From Folioceros fuciformis (lineage: Eukaryota), in contig JBNGIO010004662.1 in assembly GCA_049999805.1 (NCBI GenBank), positions 1 to 37,525 of the forward strand: a DNA stretch of 37,525 nucleotides. Direction: 5' to 3'. The translations under genes and the position numbers were made by a program. Each line of letters starts with the position of its first letter. The first letter of the stretch is position 1. Below the pieces are notes generated by a model, which was not told the origin of the DNA, ran no database searches, and saw only the letters and a program-made list of their open reading frames with translations. Below are positions 1 to 11,570 of the stretch, in pieces.

Positions 1-52
1 CGGGCTTCATGCAAGAAGCGATTCAGACTTACGGGCCTGTGTTTCTCTGCAG

Positions 53-1503
53 GCTCAGATCAATCAAAGTTGGCCTTGGCTATGCCCTTGTCTGAGATGG
101 AACTGACAGGGAGGGTAAACGGAAATTGGGGGAGGAGGGTGTCATTTCTACTTTGGCGGATATGCTGGCATCAAGTAAAGGCGAACTGCAAAAGGAAGCT
201 CTAGGAGCTCTACGGAACCAGTCAACATGTACTCACAACAAGAAGTACGTTGCAAGAACAAAAGCTGTTTCCATGGTATTGGATCAATTGTATGCGAAGC
301 ATTCAACACATATGATGGAGTTGGCAGCTGAGACCCTTGCCAATCTGTTTGCCAACGAGGGCGCGCAGTTCTTACTAGATGCTGGGATAGATCCTGGGCC
401 AGTGATAACGGAGCTGCTGGCCATACAGGGCAGCTCCTTGCCTGCAAAACGGTTGCATGTGCTACGCGCGCTTCTAGGCCTGGTTTCATCATCGTCCGGG
501 AAGGAGGTTGCGCCGAGAAATGACGGAATTGCACGACTTATGCCACTTCTCGAGTCCACACCCTCAAGATCGACACTGTGGAGTGCAGCTCATTTACTGT
601 CTCTCAGATTCACAAGAAGCCGGTGCTGCGATTTTTACCCAACAACAGGGGACAAGTATGGTTGCTTCCATGGTCACGTTCTTGACGGATGAGACCAGTA
701 GCGCAGTGCAGGCAGCGGCAGCCGGGATCTTGGCGAGCTTGCCAAATGAAGATGAAATTTTGTTACCTGCTCTAGAGTCTTTCGGGGCTGTTCCGCCATC
801 GTGGCTATGATACGTCATCATGGCGCGAAAGTCCAGGAAAATGCTCTGGCAGCACTGCTGCCTTTCTGTCTGCCATCAAATGTGGACATGCAGAGGAAAG
901 TGGTGAGTCTTGACACAATACCCCTCTTGATGAATGTTGTGAATTCTGGTGGGCCTGTTTCACGAGCTCGGGCTGCTCGGGCCCTGGGAAGACTATCCGA
1001 AAGCACTGTGGACCTGAGTGTCTCACCTACATGGAGAGGATGTTGCTTCAAGCTGTCGCGTTCAGATGTCTGCAAGGTTCACCTAGGGAAGTGTGATGTG
1101 AGGTTTACTTTCTGCCTTGTGGAAGCACACGCTGTGACAGGGCTGGTTAACTTGTTCACAGAGGGCGATGAGGCAGCTGAGGCTGGGTTGGAGGCCGTCC
1201 TTGCTCTGGTGGGGAAGGACGGAATCGCTGAAAAGGGTGTCAGGTTCCTGGATGAGTTTGCTGGTGGGTCTATACCGTCTCTCGTTGAGTTGCTCGCCCA
1301 TGGGACCACCAAGTCAAAAGAACTGGCTTTAGACCTTCTGTATTGGGTCTTCCAATCGAGTGCCATGCGAGTCAAGTATGGCAACACATTTGAAATTCAT
1401 CTCGCTGCTTTAGCTTCAGAGACTGTTCATTCCATAAAGAGCAAAAGCGGCATACATCTTGGCACAGCTGAAGGCTATCCAGGAACAATCAGCGTATTTT
1501 TGA
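53..1503 (+). pseudogene. Last exon of an ARM-repeat SAUL1/PUB44-like gene (5' part lies outside the window); four single-base frameshifts, so either a pseudogene or assembly errors
   Basis: Acceptor TCTCTGCAG at 44-52. Stitching frames gives GSDQSKLALAMPLSEMELT...CKVHLGKCDVRFTFCLVEA...AYILAQLKAIQEQSAYF* (TGA 1501-1503), colinear with exon 3 of the neighbouring paralog (GSNMTKILMASALSRMVLT...CEVHRGYCSVKTTFCLVAA...LAHLDVLHPQSSYF*). Frame switches near 109-111, 561-563, 795 and 1443-1446. Confidence 0.8.
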
Positions 1504-1770
1504 ACCATCGTGCTCCGCAGCAATACCTTTGGGGCTTCGTGTAGGGTTTTGTCGCTGACGCCTGTAGTAATCGTAGCAGACTGGCCTAAGGATGGGGCAA
1601 ATTTCTTCCAGACTGGTAAATAATAACGAGACATGGCGGAACACATCCGCATGTTCACACAAGTGCTATCAATGGAAAAAGCATAGAGCATATTGGTACA
1701 CCAGTCATACACGTGCCTTGCTCCACCCTCGCAAGGCGATGCAATCCCTTGTCACAAACCTCACGCGATA

Positions 1771-4700
1771 TCAGAAATAGCTGGACTGAGGGTGCAGAAC
1801 GTCCAAGTGGGCCAAGGTTTGAGCAGCTAACGATCTTGTCAAGTTGGATCCCTTTTGGGTGAGGTCTATGAGAGGCAGCTGGGCCGCGTGACCGTAGTCG
1901 TTGCGGAACTTATCAATGCGGAAAATCTTTTCCAATACTCCGACAGCTTTCTCCTTGGCTCCAATGCTTCCCCCCGTCAATATTCTCACAATGAATGTTA
2001 CCGCATTAGCATCCACAAGAGCTTGAACCCCTCTTTCCAAGAATAATAGATCGTCTGAGAGAAGAGTACTGAGTGCAACAAGAGCTGCTTCATCTGCCCT
2101 GTCCGCCTTCTCCTCCAGGAGCTGCGAAAGAGGACCAACAGCATCAGCGGCCACCAGACAGAAAGTAGTTTTGACCGAGCAGTAACCACGGTGCACTTCA
2201 CAACCTGGTTCCACCGGAGGTCCAAAACAGGAAAATCTTCGTTTGGTGGTCACTGGAGTGCTTAATCTCCAAGAACTTTCAGAAAGCTGACCCAGAGCGG
2301 TTGCACATCTGTACTTCGCGAGAGAAGTTCCTACAGAAAGGAGCTGCACAAGGAGGGGGACCGCCTCGGCATCAGCAACTAGTTTTTGCAGCCGTGGCTC
2401 CGACGGCGACGTGAACCTAAGCAGTGCACCAACAGCATTTTCCAACAAGGAACTTCTGGTAGCCCTTGAAGATGTCTTGGAAACCTTTAGGGCTAGCAAC
2501 TGCGCAATAGCAGATAGTGCTTCCGCCTCCTCTAGCCACCCTGTCAACAAGGGGTCAGTCAAAGGAAGGTTACCAAGTATCCCCAGAGCAGCGGCCTTCT
2601 CCTCCTCCCGCTTCGAATCACGGATGACTTGTACCATTGCCTGGATATAGGGTTGACCCATTTGCTCACCTAATTCCTGCCCTGCTCCATCCCCTGACAG
2701 ACAGCTCAGCAGCTGAACTGCATTGGCCCGGACTTCCAGGTCAGTCAAGTCACATAGAGGCAGCAAAAGCTGTATTGCCCCTCCTTCCCTCATTTTACCC
2801 CTGACCTCGCCGGCACTTGGATGGCAGGACATGCCTCGAAGTGCTCGAAGTAAGTGGCATTGAATAGCAGGTCCTGACAAATTCAAGAGAGACAACAACT
2901 GGTTGATTGTATCGACGGACCCTAGGACATTCCCATAAGCATCAATTTGTGTTTGTGAGGAAGTTGCTGAAGTAAGATTGGCAAGTGTAGCTGCAGCTTG
3001 TTCCTTCAAGCTCATCACCACAGATGTCACAGAGAAAAGGAGATGCAACAAGGGAGGTATTACCCCAGCACTTATCATACACTCCCTGTTTTCTGGGAGA
3101 GTGGACAAGTTCTGCAACGCTCCAAGGGCTGCAGACTTTGCCTCTAAGCTGCCAGAGTTGATCATCTCAACAAGCGGTACAATGGCTCCTTCAGAAACCA
3201 AGACAGCCTTACTTTCTTCTGTGAGCACCATTCTTGAGAGAGCACTAGCCATGAGGATCTTCGTCATGTTTGAACCTGCACTCGGATGCATCAGCCAAAC
3301 AGCAGAGGAATAACCCAGGCGTGCACAGTTATCTTTGTACTGCCTGACGATGGAGGGAATTCAGGAAATCAGGGAAATTGATATCTGACCTTCAGTGAGA
3401 CACAGCGCCAGCGGCCTGAAATGGTTCGCTTCCGCCATTTGTACGACGTTCTGCTCATTGTGTGAGAGTTTATCCAAGAGCTCTCTCGCGTTCTCCACAG
3501 CAAGTGAGTTCTCACTTTTTAGCATAGTCACCAGTAATAGTATACATCCTTGCATTTTCCCAATCTGATCACACACTCGCTGATTTTGTGACAGCTCCAG
3601 CAACAAACTGACTGCTGCTCTTCCCTCTCCAACATCTCTTGACAGTGATCGGACAGCGTGTGGCACAGCACCAGCATCTGCTATGGCTTCCTGCATCATC
3701 AGGAATATCAGCGAATGACCCAGAGTGGAACACAGACCAGCGAAGCTTCAAGTGCGCCATTACCTACCCCACAGTACCTTGTTTTCATCATTATTCACTG
3801 CAAGGCTACGTAGTGCCGTCAAGGTAAGTTTCCTTATTTTCCGCTGGCTGGACTTGAGCTTGCTAACCAAAACAGGGATGAGGCCCTCGCCAGCAATCCA
3901 ATAACGATGCCGAGGTTTCTCCTCACTCAATTGATAAAGTTCTTCCAAAGCGTTGACAACATCCTCCTCCTTTTGAGAACTCAGTTTCGGCCCAGTTGCT
4001 AAGATCCTAATTACTGTGTTACGCTCCTTCCATTCCTCAATACTGTGCCTCAAAGCCAAATTGGGTTTCATTTCCAGGGATTCCAGCTCTACGTTAGTTG
4101 TGGGACAGACAGTGTTGCCCTCAGCAAACCACCGCTCAATGGCCTTCCGCTCAAAGGTCTGTCCAGACGCAACTTCAACGGGGTCTTCCATCACGTAGTG
4201 AGTTATGGGACAATGGAAGGATTGCAAAGCAGGAAAACGTTGGACTCCAGACAATCTCCTACTCTCACACGTTAGCCTCTTCTCATTAGTTGTGATGGAC
4301 ACATCAGCTCTACTGAGAAGAGAAACAAGCTGCTCCAGTTGCATGGCCTCAGCCCGCTTCTTACGATTCTGAGCATCTTCTTTCTCTTCCCTGAGCTTCT
4401 TGAGCTCTTCCTCCAGCGAATTCGGGTTGTTCACACCAACAGCCTTTGCAATCTGTAAGATGATATCATTCGCAAAGTCGATGTTTGTCTGCCCGTCTCG
4501 AATGGCACTCTCAATTTTGTCCACAATCTCCTCCTCAGCCACTGCTGCCTTGAACTGGGCTCTTTGCATGTCCGCGGACAGCCTGGCAGTCCGGTCTCGA
4601 ACGGAAGCGGAAACATCCAGCGTGGCCAACGGCAGCACGGTTAGACACCTTCCTATATCCTGAGTGATGTCCTGAATCTGCTTCACAATGGACCTGCAAT

Positions 4701-5013
4701 GCAGAAGCAGATAAAAGCGGCCCTTTGTACTGCACATGAGGATGAGCTCCTCAGCCTTCTTCAACTCCCGTTCCAACGACTGCAACGCCTGATTCATAGG
4801 GGTAGAATCCTTCATAGTCTTATCAGCTAGCTCCGCCAAGATGGGTCTTATCTTTTCCAAATACGAGGAGAGCTCATGGAAGCTCTCCTTCTCGATAAGC
4901 ACATCCTTCGCTGCCAGAATTAGTGTCTGTGCAACCTGCACCAGCACTCCAGCAAGCACCCCTGACCCGGGAATGATTAGCTCCCCGTGACCCATCCTGA
5001 AACCGATTTCCAT
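1771..5013 (-). CDS. PUB44: U-box/ARM-repeat E3 ubiquitin ligase, SAUL1/PUB43/44-like, ~1013 aa; exons 5013-3778, 3690-3390, 3275-1771
   Basis: U-box FHCPITHYVMEDPVEVASGQTFERKAIERWFAEGNTVCPTT; N-terminal helical domain; ARM repeats; CxVHxGxCSxxxTFCLV motif. GT-AG introns 3777-3691 (87 bp, phase 0) and 3389-3276 (114 bp, phase 1) join the three ORFs in frame (3042 nt). Alternative start at the second Met (MGHGELII). Confidence 0.9.
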
Positions 5014-7996
5014 ATCCTCTCAAACCACCATCATCATCGACTTCACCATCACCCAGAGGGACATCCCCGGACCCTTCATCCTCCAAATCCCTCCTCCCGC
5101 ATAGGCAGAGGGCGATTCTAACCCAACATCCCAATACCAGCACGGGAATCTTCACCTTCCTTCCGGCATACTACAATCACTGCCTCCCGCCCAGATCGGC
5201 ACCCTCCGGAAACTACCACGATAGCAGGTCCTAACGTCACCCGCATTCACTTGCAAGCCAGGGACTTAGAGCTGGCCTTCATGAAGTTTTTGCCATCACC
5301 ATCCAGCGGTAATCTGGAGGACACTCTCTCCGCATGGTCACAGACAAGCAGCCCACGCTGGTGGCGGGCAGCTGTGAGAAAGCCGGAGGCGTCCCTGTTG
5401 CTGCTCCAAATCCAGCTCCTGCAAGATCCAACCTGTTCGACCTGACGGGGCCACGCTCCTGACACTCCCATCACTGCGAACAGCCTGCCTGCAAGTCCAT
5501 CAAGCCCTCGGAAACCATGGAATCCCGAGACTGCGGAGCCCAGTTCCAGCCGCGGGCATCGCCAGAACGGGGGTATGCACGTCTCCGTAACCACGAAGCT
5601 GTTCCTGCGCAAGTGGACTGACCCTTATTTACTGACCGGTGACCGCTGCCGCCGGTGGTCGCCCCGAAAGTTTTACCGCCTGCGCATTTTAGTCCGTACT
5701 TAGATACATTGTACATACATGCAACTTGACTGGAGTTTTAGAATCCGAGCACTTGACTGCCTCGAACTCGACGTCTCTTTCTCTCACCGGTCAGTTTACG
5801 ACTCGTCTTACTCGGCACGGTTTCATCGAGGTGCTGGAAGTCACTACCAGACGCAGGCTCGTACAACTTGCTGCCAAACTTCCTCGTTGTTGCTTGACAG
5901 GTAGATACTCTTATTATCGCACTTTAAAACAAGCGGAAATATGACATACCACCGAGGACAGAGGGGATCCATCCTCCATCGTCCAAGGAAATAAAAAACG
6001 GACAGGGGGATTTGTTGAAGGGCCAAAGTACGCCGTGAGGAAGAGCTGAGAACGGGGGTGGGGATCCGATGAAGAGCCAGAGCAAGCTAGATTCTGCTTG
6101 AAGAATTCAGCCGCGCGGGAAGTAGAGGCCCTCGAAAGGATCTCTGTGCCATGCGGGCTTCGAAAACGATGCTTGAAATGAGGTAAGGGAGGGGGATCCT
6201 GAATAAACGTTATGATTGAGGCAGGCCTCAATCACAACCGGTGGCGAGAGACCGATCCCCCCCTTCGAAATGTCTCGATTATCCCAGGGTCCCGAGACAC
6301 GGGCCTCAAGCCCCTGCTATGATGTAGTCAGACAGAGGGGCGTCAGGTGCGTGCCGATGTCGCAGGCTCATGGTCTAATTCAGAGGAAATGGGAGCGTGA
6401 GCTGCGAGGGGCTGAGACCATGGAGAAGAAACCGTGAAGTGTACCAAACACGATGCTCTCGAACCCTTTTAGCTTCTCATTGATGAAACGCGCACAATTC
6501 TGAAAGCATGACCGCTGTGGTGCATTGACCTCTTTGGGAAACGCCCCGCAGCGGACAGCTCTCCACAGTGACGAACATAGGTATGTGCATGTGCTAGGAG
6601 ATACCCGAGGAGATAGTACTAAAATTATCACACCTCCCCTCTGTCCGCTGTGGTATGCCATACGAAAACCTCCAGAAGAGAGAAGAGTCGTTGGTTTTCA
6701 AAGTTGTCTTTGTACACGGCACTTCTATTAGTCTATGTAGGAAAAGACGTTTGCAATTGGAGGTCATCTTGGAAACATAGGAACATCCCTCATATAACGG
6801 ATACCTTGTGTTGCTCGTCCCTGCATTTGAGCTAGAGCTCATTGATACATAATCATCGGGTGTCCCGACCTTCCGGACCTAGCCACAACGTGGTACAAAA
6901 AGGACTGGCGGCAAATATCACAGAGGGACAACGAATAAGCGAAGATTGGAGGTCTCGGGAATGTCGGAGTTGTAACAATCCGCATCACATCTCCACTAGT
7001 AGACGAATATCTCAGCTACGTAGATCACACTGAAAAGACTCGAAAAGAGGAGGACTGGCCAAGAAATAGAAAGACTCCCCTCATCGCACGCGGGATCAAC
7101 CTGCAAGCCAAAGCCATTGTGCTTCATCCGCTATAGACCTTACACAAACCACAAGAACTCTCAGTCACGTACGGGAGCTTGCTTCACCAAAAATTGGTTG
7201 TAGCTTGTGTTGGACACCGATGCTGCATAATGCTATAAGGTTTCACCCTGCCCACTATACGGCCGCGTAGTACGGTCTTCCTACACAATCTCTGACAACC
7301 TCGCTGCCCTGTCCTCGGAGGACCTGCAAGACGAAATGACCAGTAATCTTGCGACCTGAAGATACCCGTAATGCCTGTTTGTTCTCGTCGCAGCTACTCT
7401 ACCCTAGATCGCACTGCGGCTTGGTGCGCGGGGAAACTGCGGCACTGGAGCCACCCTAGCTGCAATCCAGCGACGACGACTTCCAGTTCGAGCAAGCTAG
7501 CCGATGCCGTACCTGAACTCCCACCGAGACCTAGCCCTAAAAGTCTAAAAAAGTGGCTAGGTCAAGCAACTAGAAATGCATGAACTCTCCTTCGAGATTA
7601 CACAGCTTCAGGTAAAGAGCAGGAATTCCAATGACACTTGAGAAGATCCCGGAGCCATGCCACGTGCTCCAGAGCCGCTGTTACTGGCATCGAGTCTTCG
7701 AAATCCTGTGTGGAAAGTTGGGCTTCGCTTGGGTGATGCCGCTTGAACCATTGGCTATGGCTGGCATCACGCTGCACTCTGGATCCTTCTGGAGAACTGA
7801 GAACATTGAATTCAAGGAGTTTTGCAAGCATTTGATAGGAATATTTTGTGAAACAGGAAATGCAAGTGGTGGTGTATGGAGGGTTGCTCGCAGGAGTAAA
7901 GCGTCTGCCTCTTCTATTCTGGTGAGAAAATTGATGGCCTGAAATTTGCTTATTGCTCTATCTGGGAAGCCGTCAGATCTGCCACCACCTGCAAGG

Positions 7997-10996
7997 ATGG
8001 AATCGTCCCGGATAGACATTTCAGAATTCGGTCCTCGTAAGGAAATCAAGCGAGGCAACCGCAGGTCTACGTTCAACCAATCCATTTACGCTGGCGAGAG
8101 GGACAGATTGAAACTAGCCATTAAAGCTATTCAGCAGAAATCCTCCACAACAGCGGAAAGCCTAACAACACATGAGTCAGAGGTGTTTAGGCACAGCCCC
8201 AGGTTGTCAAAATCCGACCCTGGAAGCACAGAGGAGGGCGGTTCTGCGTACGTGCAGGCTCTTATGGACTTGCAGCCTTTCTTCAACCTACAGGCTGACA
8301 AGAACGAGGTTGGGACTATGGACAAAGAGACCTTCATCTCCTCTTGCCAAAAAGTGAGATTGCTAGCTGCCAAGATGACCGAGCTGGATATGGGCCACCT
8401 GTTTATGAAGGTTGATGTAGACAGCACGAGCACCATAGACTGGGACAAATTCACAAGTTTCATCTTGACTCAACAGCTCGCAAGGGAAGGCTTACCTGGG
8501 ACCAATGCCACGTTTGTGAAAGTGAGCAGAACACCTGGTGTGTCGATAGAGCTTGAAGCTTTTCAGGCTCAGAAGGACCTAGAAGCCAATGAGTTCGGCA
8601 AGAAAGAGTCGAAAGCCAAAGGATTGACAATCGGCAACATCGATTCTTTCGGCCGCCCGGCAAACATGGTGGAGAAAATCTGTTATGTCGCCTCTCTGGA
8701 TGCATATGTCACGGCTACGCAAGTGGGTACCTTGAAAATCTGGCAAGGAGATCAGCTGAAGCCCATGCGATCCATACAGAACGGGAACAACGCATGGGTG
8801 ACTGACATAGTCGTCATGGCCCAGCAGCCACTCGCAGCCTTCGCTTTGGACAGGAGTATTACCTTCTATGACACTGGTAGGATGTCTCTCGATGTCTTAG
8901 GTCGGATTGAGAGGTTGGACAATGCCCCAATGTGCGCCACGTGGCTGAGAGTGGCCGAGAATGACAAACTACTGTACGGGGACGACCTGGGGAACGTCCA
9001 CATTTTCAACTTCTCTGATGAATGGGGAGGAGAACACCTGCAAGATGGGATCACAGCAACCACCGACCTATTACCAGGAATGCTGGAACTCCCACCGTGG
9101 CAAGTGCACTCGGACTGGGTCACCAAAATCGTCTTCTTGCCTCATTCTGTGTCTCTGCTCACCTCGTCCATGGACAATAACCTCATGATGCTAGACCTGG
9201 AAAAGCGCGTGACTAAATGGTCGGCAGTGGAGCACCAGAACGGCATTTTTGGTTGCTCATACTGCAGAAGCTACAACTTCATTGTGACCTGCGGTCTGGA
9301 AAGGTATGTGAACATCTGGAACCCCTTCACAGCCAAGATCATGGGCAAGCTGGAGGGGCATCAATCGTCGGTGTTGGATGTTGCAGTGAACGAGAAGGAC
9401 AACCAGATTGTGAGCGTAGGAGCAGACCACGAGGTGAAGGTGTGGGACATGCGGAGTAACAGGTGCCTACAGACCATTTACAAGAAACCTCTAGAATCCT
9501 CCAACAAGTATGCCATCCTGTATGAAAACACGCAAGACTCTCTCCTTATAGGAGCTGAGTCGCTTGAGATGTGGCAAAAGAGACCTGCAAGAGAGTCCAG
9601 GGTTCTGAGAACTTGCACCGCACTATATAGCGCAAAGCTTCGTCAAGTGGTGGTTGGCGATGTCAGCTTCCTCGTGTCCGTGTGGAGCCTGGACACGGGA
9701 GTCGAAGTTTTCACCTTCTCAGATAAGCACCGGGACACAAAAATCTCTGCCATGTGCTTCGACGTCTCTGAGAGGAGGATTCTCATCGGCGGACAAGACG
9801 GCAGCCTTCGCATGTGGAATTACAACAACGGGCAGTGTCTCAAGGACTTCCGAGGATTCGGCAAGGCAGAGGTGAGCGGAGTTTCCTGCTTGGAAGAGGG
9901 CAGGGTCCACTACGCTGCCGCTGCCGGCTGGAATGGCAAAGTCTGCATCTGGGTGGAAAGTGGAAAGGAACACGAGGCCCTGGATCGATCCATGGTTGGC
10001 CATTCCGATGACGTCCTCTGCGTCACCTTCTGCGCCCCAAACACGCTAGCCACCGCCGGCTTCGACGGCAAGATAATGTTGTGGAAGTTCGACGGCACTG
10101 TAAGGGGCATACTTCGCACCCCTCCTCCCAGAGATGGTACCCAGGGACCTATGACCATCACCAGCCTCATCTTTCTCTTCCAGATGGACAAGATCCTCGT
10201 CTCCGCCATAGCCAACGGCTACATCTACATCTGGCGCATCGCGGAGTCCACCTTGACACACGAGATCTGCACTGGTCATCTGTCGCCCCTCGGCCCCATT
10301 TGCGTTGACATGGCAGAGAGGATATTGTTCACCTGTGAAAAGAAGGGCTATGTCAAAGCATGGGACCTCAAGCTGGTCAACCTCAAGGAGAGGGCACCAG
10401 CAGGTTCGAGTGATATCCCCCAGGTCCTGCACTTCCGAGCCCACACTGACAAGCTAGTGAGCATGGCCTTCATCGAGGGAGACAGGCTGCTCTTGACTGC
10501 CTCCTTCTCAGGAAACACCCGCCTCTGGACTGCTGCCGGGGTTAAGATCGGGGAGTTCGGGCAGGCATCACCATGGAGTCTGAAGCTGGCCGAGCCGTCC
10601 GAGGCGGTTGGAAAGAAGATAGAACTTGCAAAGAAGCCAGAAGGAGAAAACAGCGAGGAACTGGATGACGATGGGGCAGGCATCAGTGAGCAGCAAATGC
10701 AGATGGCACTGGAAGCAGCAGGTTTGTACCGTCCGGACGAATTACCTGTTCGGCTGGAAGAGAAAGTGCTTGCCATTCTGGCCATAGGCCCCCCACACCT
10801 CAGACTGCAGCCGTGGTATGCTCCACTCTGTATACCGGTCAAATTCACCATACCCACTATGGACTTTTCCAGAATTCTTCCTGTTGTGCCCCCATCCCTT
10901 TCCAATCCTTCGAATGAGAAGTTTGTGAAATTGGTCACTGACCGGAACGCACGTACCATAAAAAAGTTGCACAGGCAAACAAGTTCACTTACTTGA
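7997..10996 (+). CDS. EF-hand + WD40-repeat protein, WDR49/CFAP337/WDY-like (probable flagellar protein), 999 aa, single exon
   Basis: First ATG at 7997. EF-hand-like LFMKVDVDSTSTIDWDKFTSFIL, then many WD40 repeats (LEGHQSSVLDV...VKVWD; GHSDDVLCV...IMLWKF; IWNPF; LRMWNYNNGQCL). Family assignment is from recalled architecture. Confidence 0.85.
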   Translation: MESSRIDISEFGPRKEIKRGNRRSTFNQSIYAGERDRLKLAIKAIQQKSSTTAESLTTHESEVFRHSPRLSKSDPGSTEEGGSAYVQALMDLQPFFNLQADKNEVGTMDKETFISSCQKVRLLAAKMTELDMGHLFMKVDVDSTSTIDWDKFTSFILTQQLAREGLPGTNATFVKVSRTPGVSIELEAFQAQKDLEANEFGKKESKAKGLTIGNIDSFGRPANMVEKICYVASLDAYVTATQVGTLKIWQGDQLKPMRSIQNGNNAWVTDIVVMAQQPLAAFALDRSITFYDTGRMSLDVLGRIERLDNAPMCATWLRVAENDKLLYGDDLGNVHIFNFSDEWGGEHLQDGITATTDLLPGMLELPPWQVHSDWVTKIVFLPHSVSLLTSSMDNNLMMLDLEKRVTKWSAVEHQNGIFGCSYCRSYNFIVTCGLERYVNIWNPFTAKIMGKLEGHQSSVLDVAVNEKDNQIVSVGADHEVKVWDMRSNRCLQTIYKKPLESSNKYAILYENTQDSLLIGAESLEMWQKRPARESRVLRTCTALYSAKLRQVVVGDVSFLVSVWSLDTGVEVFTFSDKHRDTKISAMCFDVSERRILIGGQDGSLRMWNYNNGQCLKDFRGFGKAEVSGVSCLEEGRVHYAAAAGWNGKVCIWVESGKEHEALDRSMVGHSDDVLCVTFCAPNTLATAGFDGKIMLWKFDGTVRGILRTPPPRDGTQGPMTITSLIFLFQMDKILVSAIANGYIYIWRIAESTLTHEICTGHLSPLGPICVDMAERILFTCEKKGYVKAWDLKLVNLKERAPAGSSDIPQVLHFRAHTDKLVSMAFIEGDRLLLTASFSGNTRLWTAAGVKIGEFGQASPWSLKLAEPSEAVGKKIELAKKPEGENSEELDDDGAGISEQQMQMALEAAGLYRPDELPVRLEEKVLAILAIGPPHLRLQPWYAPLCIPVKFTIPTMDFSRILPVVPPSLSNPSNEKFVKLVTDRNARTIKKLHRQTSSLT

Positions 10997-11570
10997 TAGA
11001 GAAGACAGCTTCTAAGTTCTCGGCAAGAAAGAGTCAGAGTCTTGCGGCACTGGAGACGCCTTTGGAAAGTTCCTCAAGGACTATTTCCTCTGCCACCTGT
11101 TAAGCTGGCCCAATGCAGGCGTTACAATCAGATGGCATGGGCGGAACAATGGAAGCCCGTGCAAAGACGTTTGCAGGTAGGCACTAGGGAAGGCAGGCTG
11201 GAGAAGGGCCCTTCATCACTCTCATAGCATATTGGCTTCGGCCTTCCATTGAAGCTGCTAATGTCAAGCTCTGGATTGAACTCAACCTGAAAGTTGGTGA
11301 TGATCTGGATGGGAACAGGGAGCCTGGCCGCGCAACCGGGCTCCATTCCCTTGAGACGAAATCGCAGAGGATTCTGGTAAGACTGATTGCTTATGACCTG
11401 CAGCCGGGAGGTACAGCAACGCCTCACATTCCTCAAGCTTATAACGTGGAAATGGGCTTGGCGGTATACAGGACATATACCAGTATGGGATAGTCAGCTT
11501 CTCGTTTTGCCTAACAAAGATCGTCATCAGATGTGTCGGCAGGTCATGCAAATTCAATATTTGAAAATAG

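Noticed and set aside
5014-7630. Many 60-120 aa ORFs and several minus-strand TGCAG|G acceptor-like sites between the PUB and WD40 genes
   Set aside because: No recognisable protein motif or consistent exon chain; most likely UTR/promoter DNA. A spliced 5' UTR or lncRNA cannot be excluded without RNA data.
11000-11570. Possible DYW-domain remnant or extra gene downstream of the PPR stop (open frames on both strands)
   Set aside because: No HSE, CxxC or DYW/GRP/DRH-like motif in the minus-strand translations I read; the ~100-codon frames resemble nothing I recognise.
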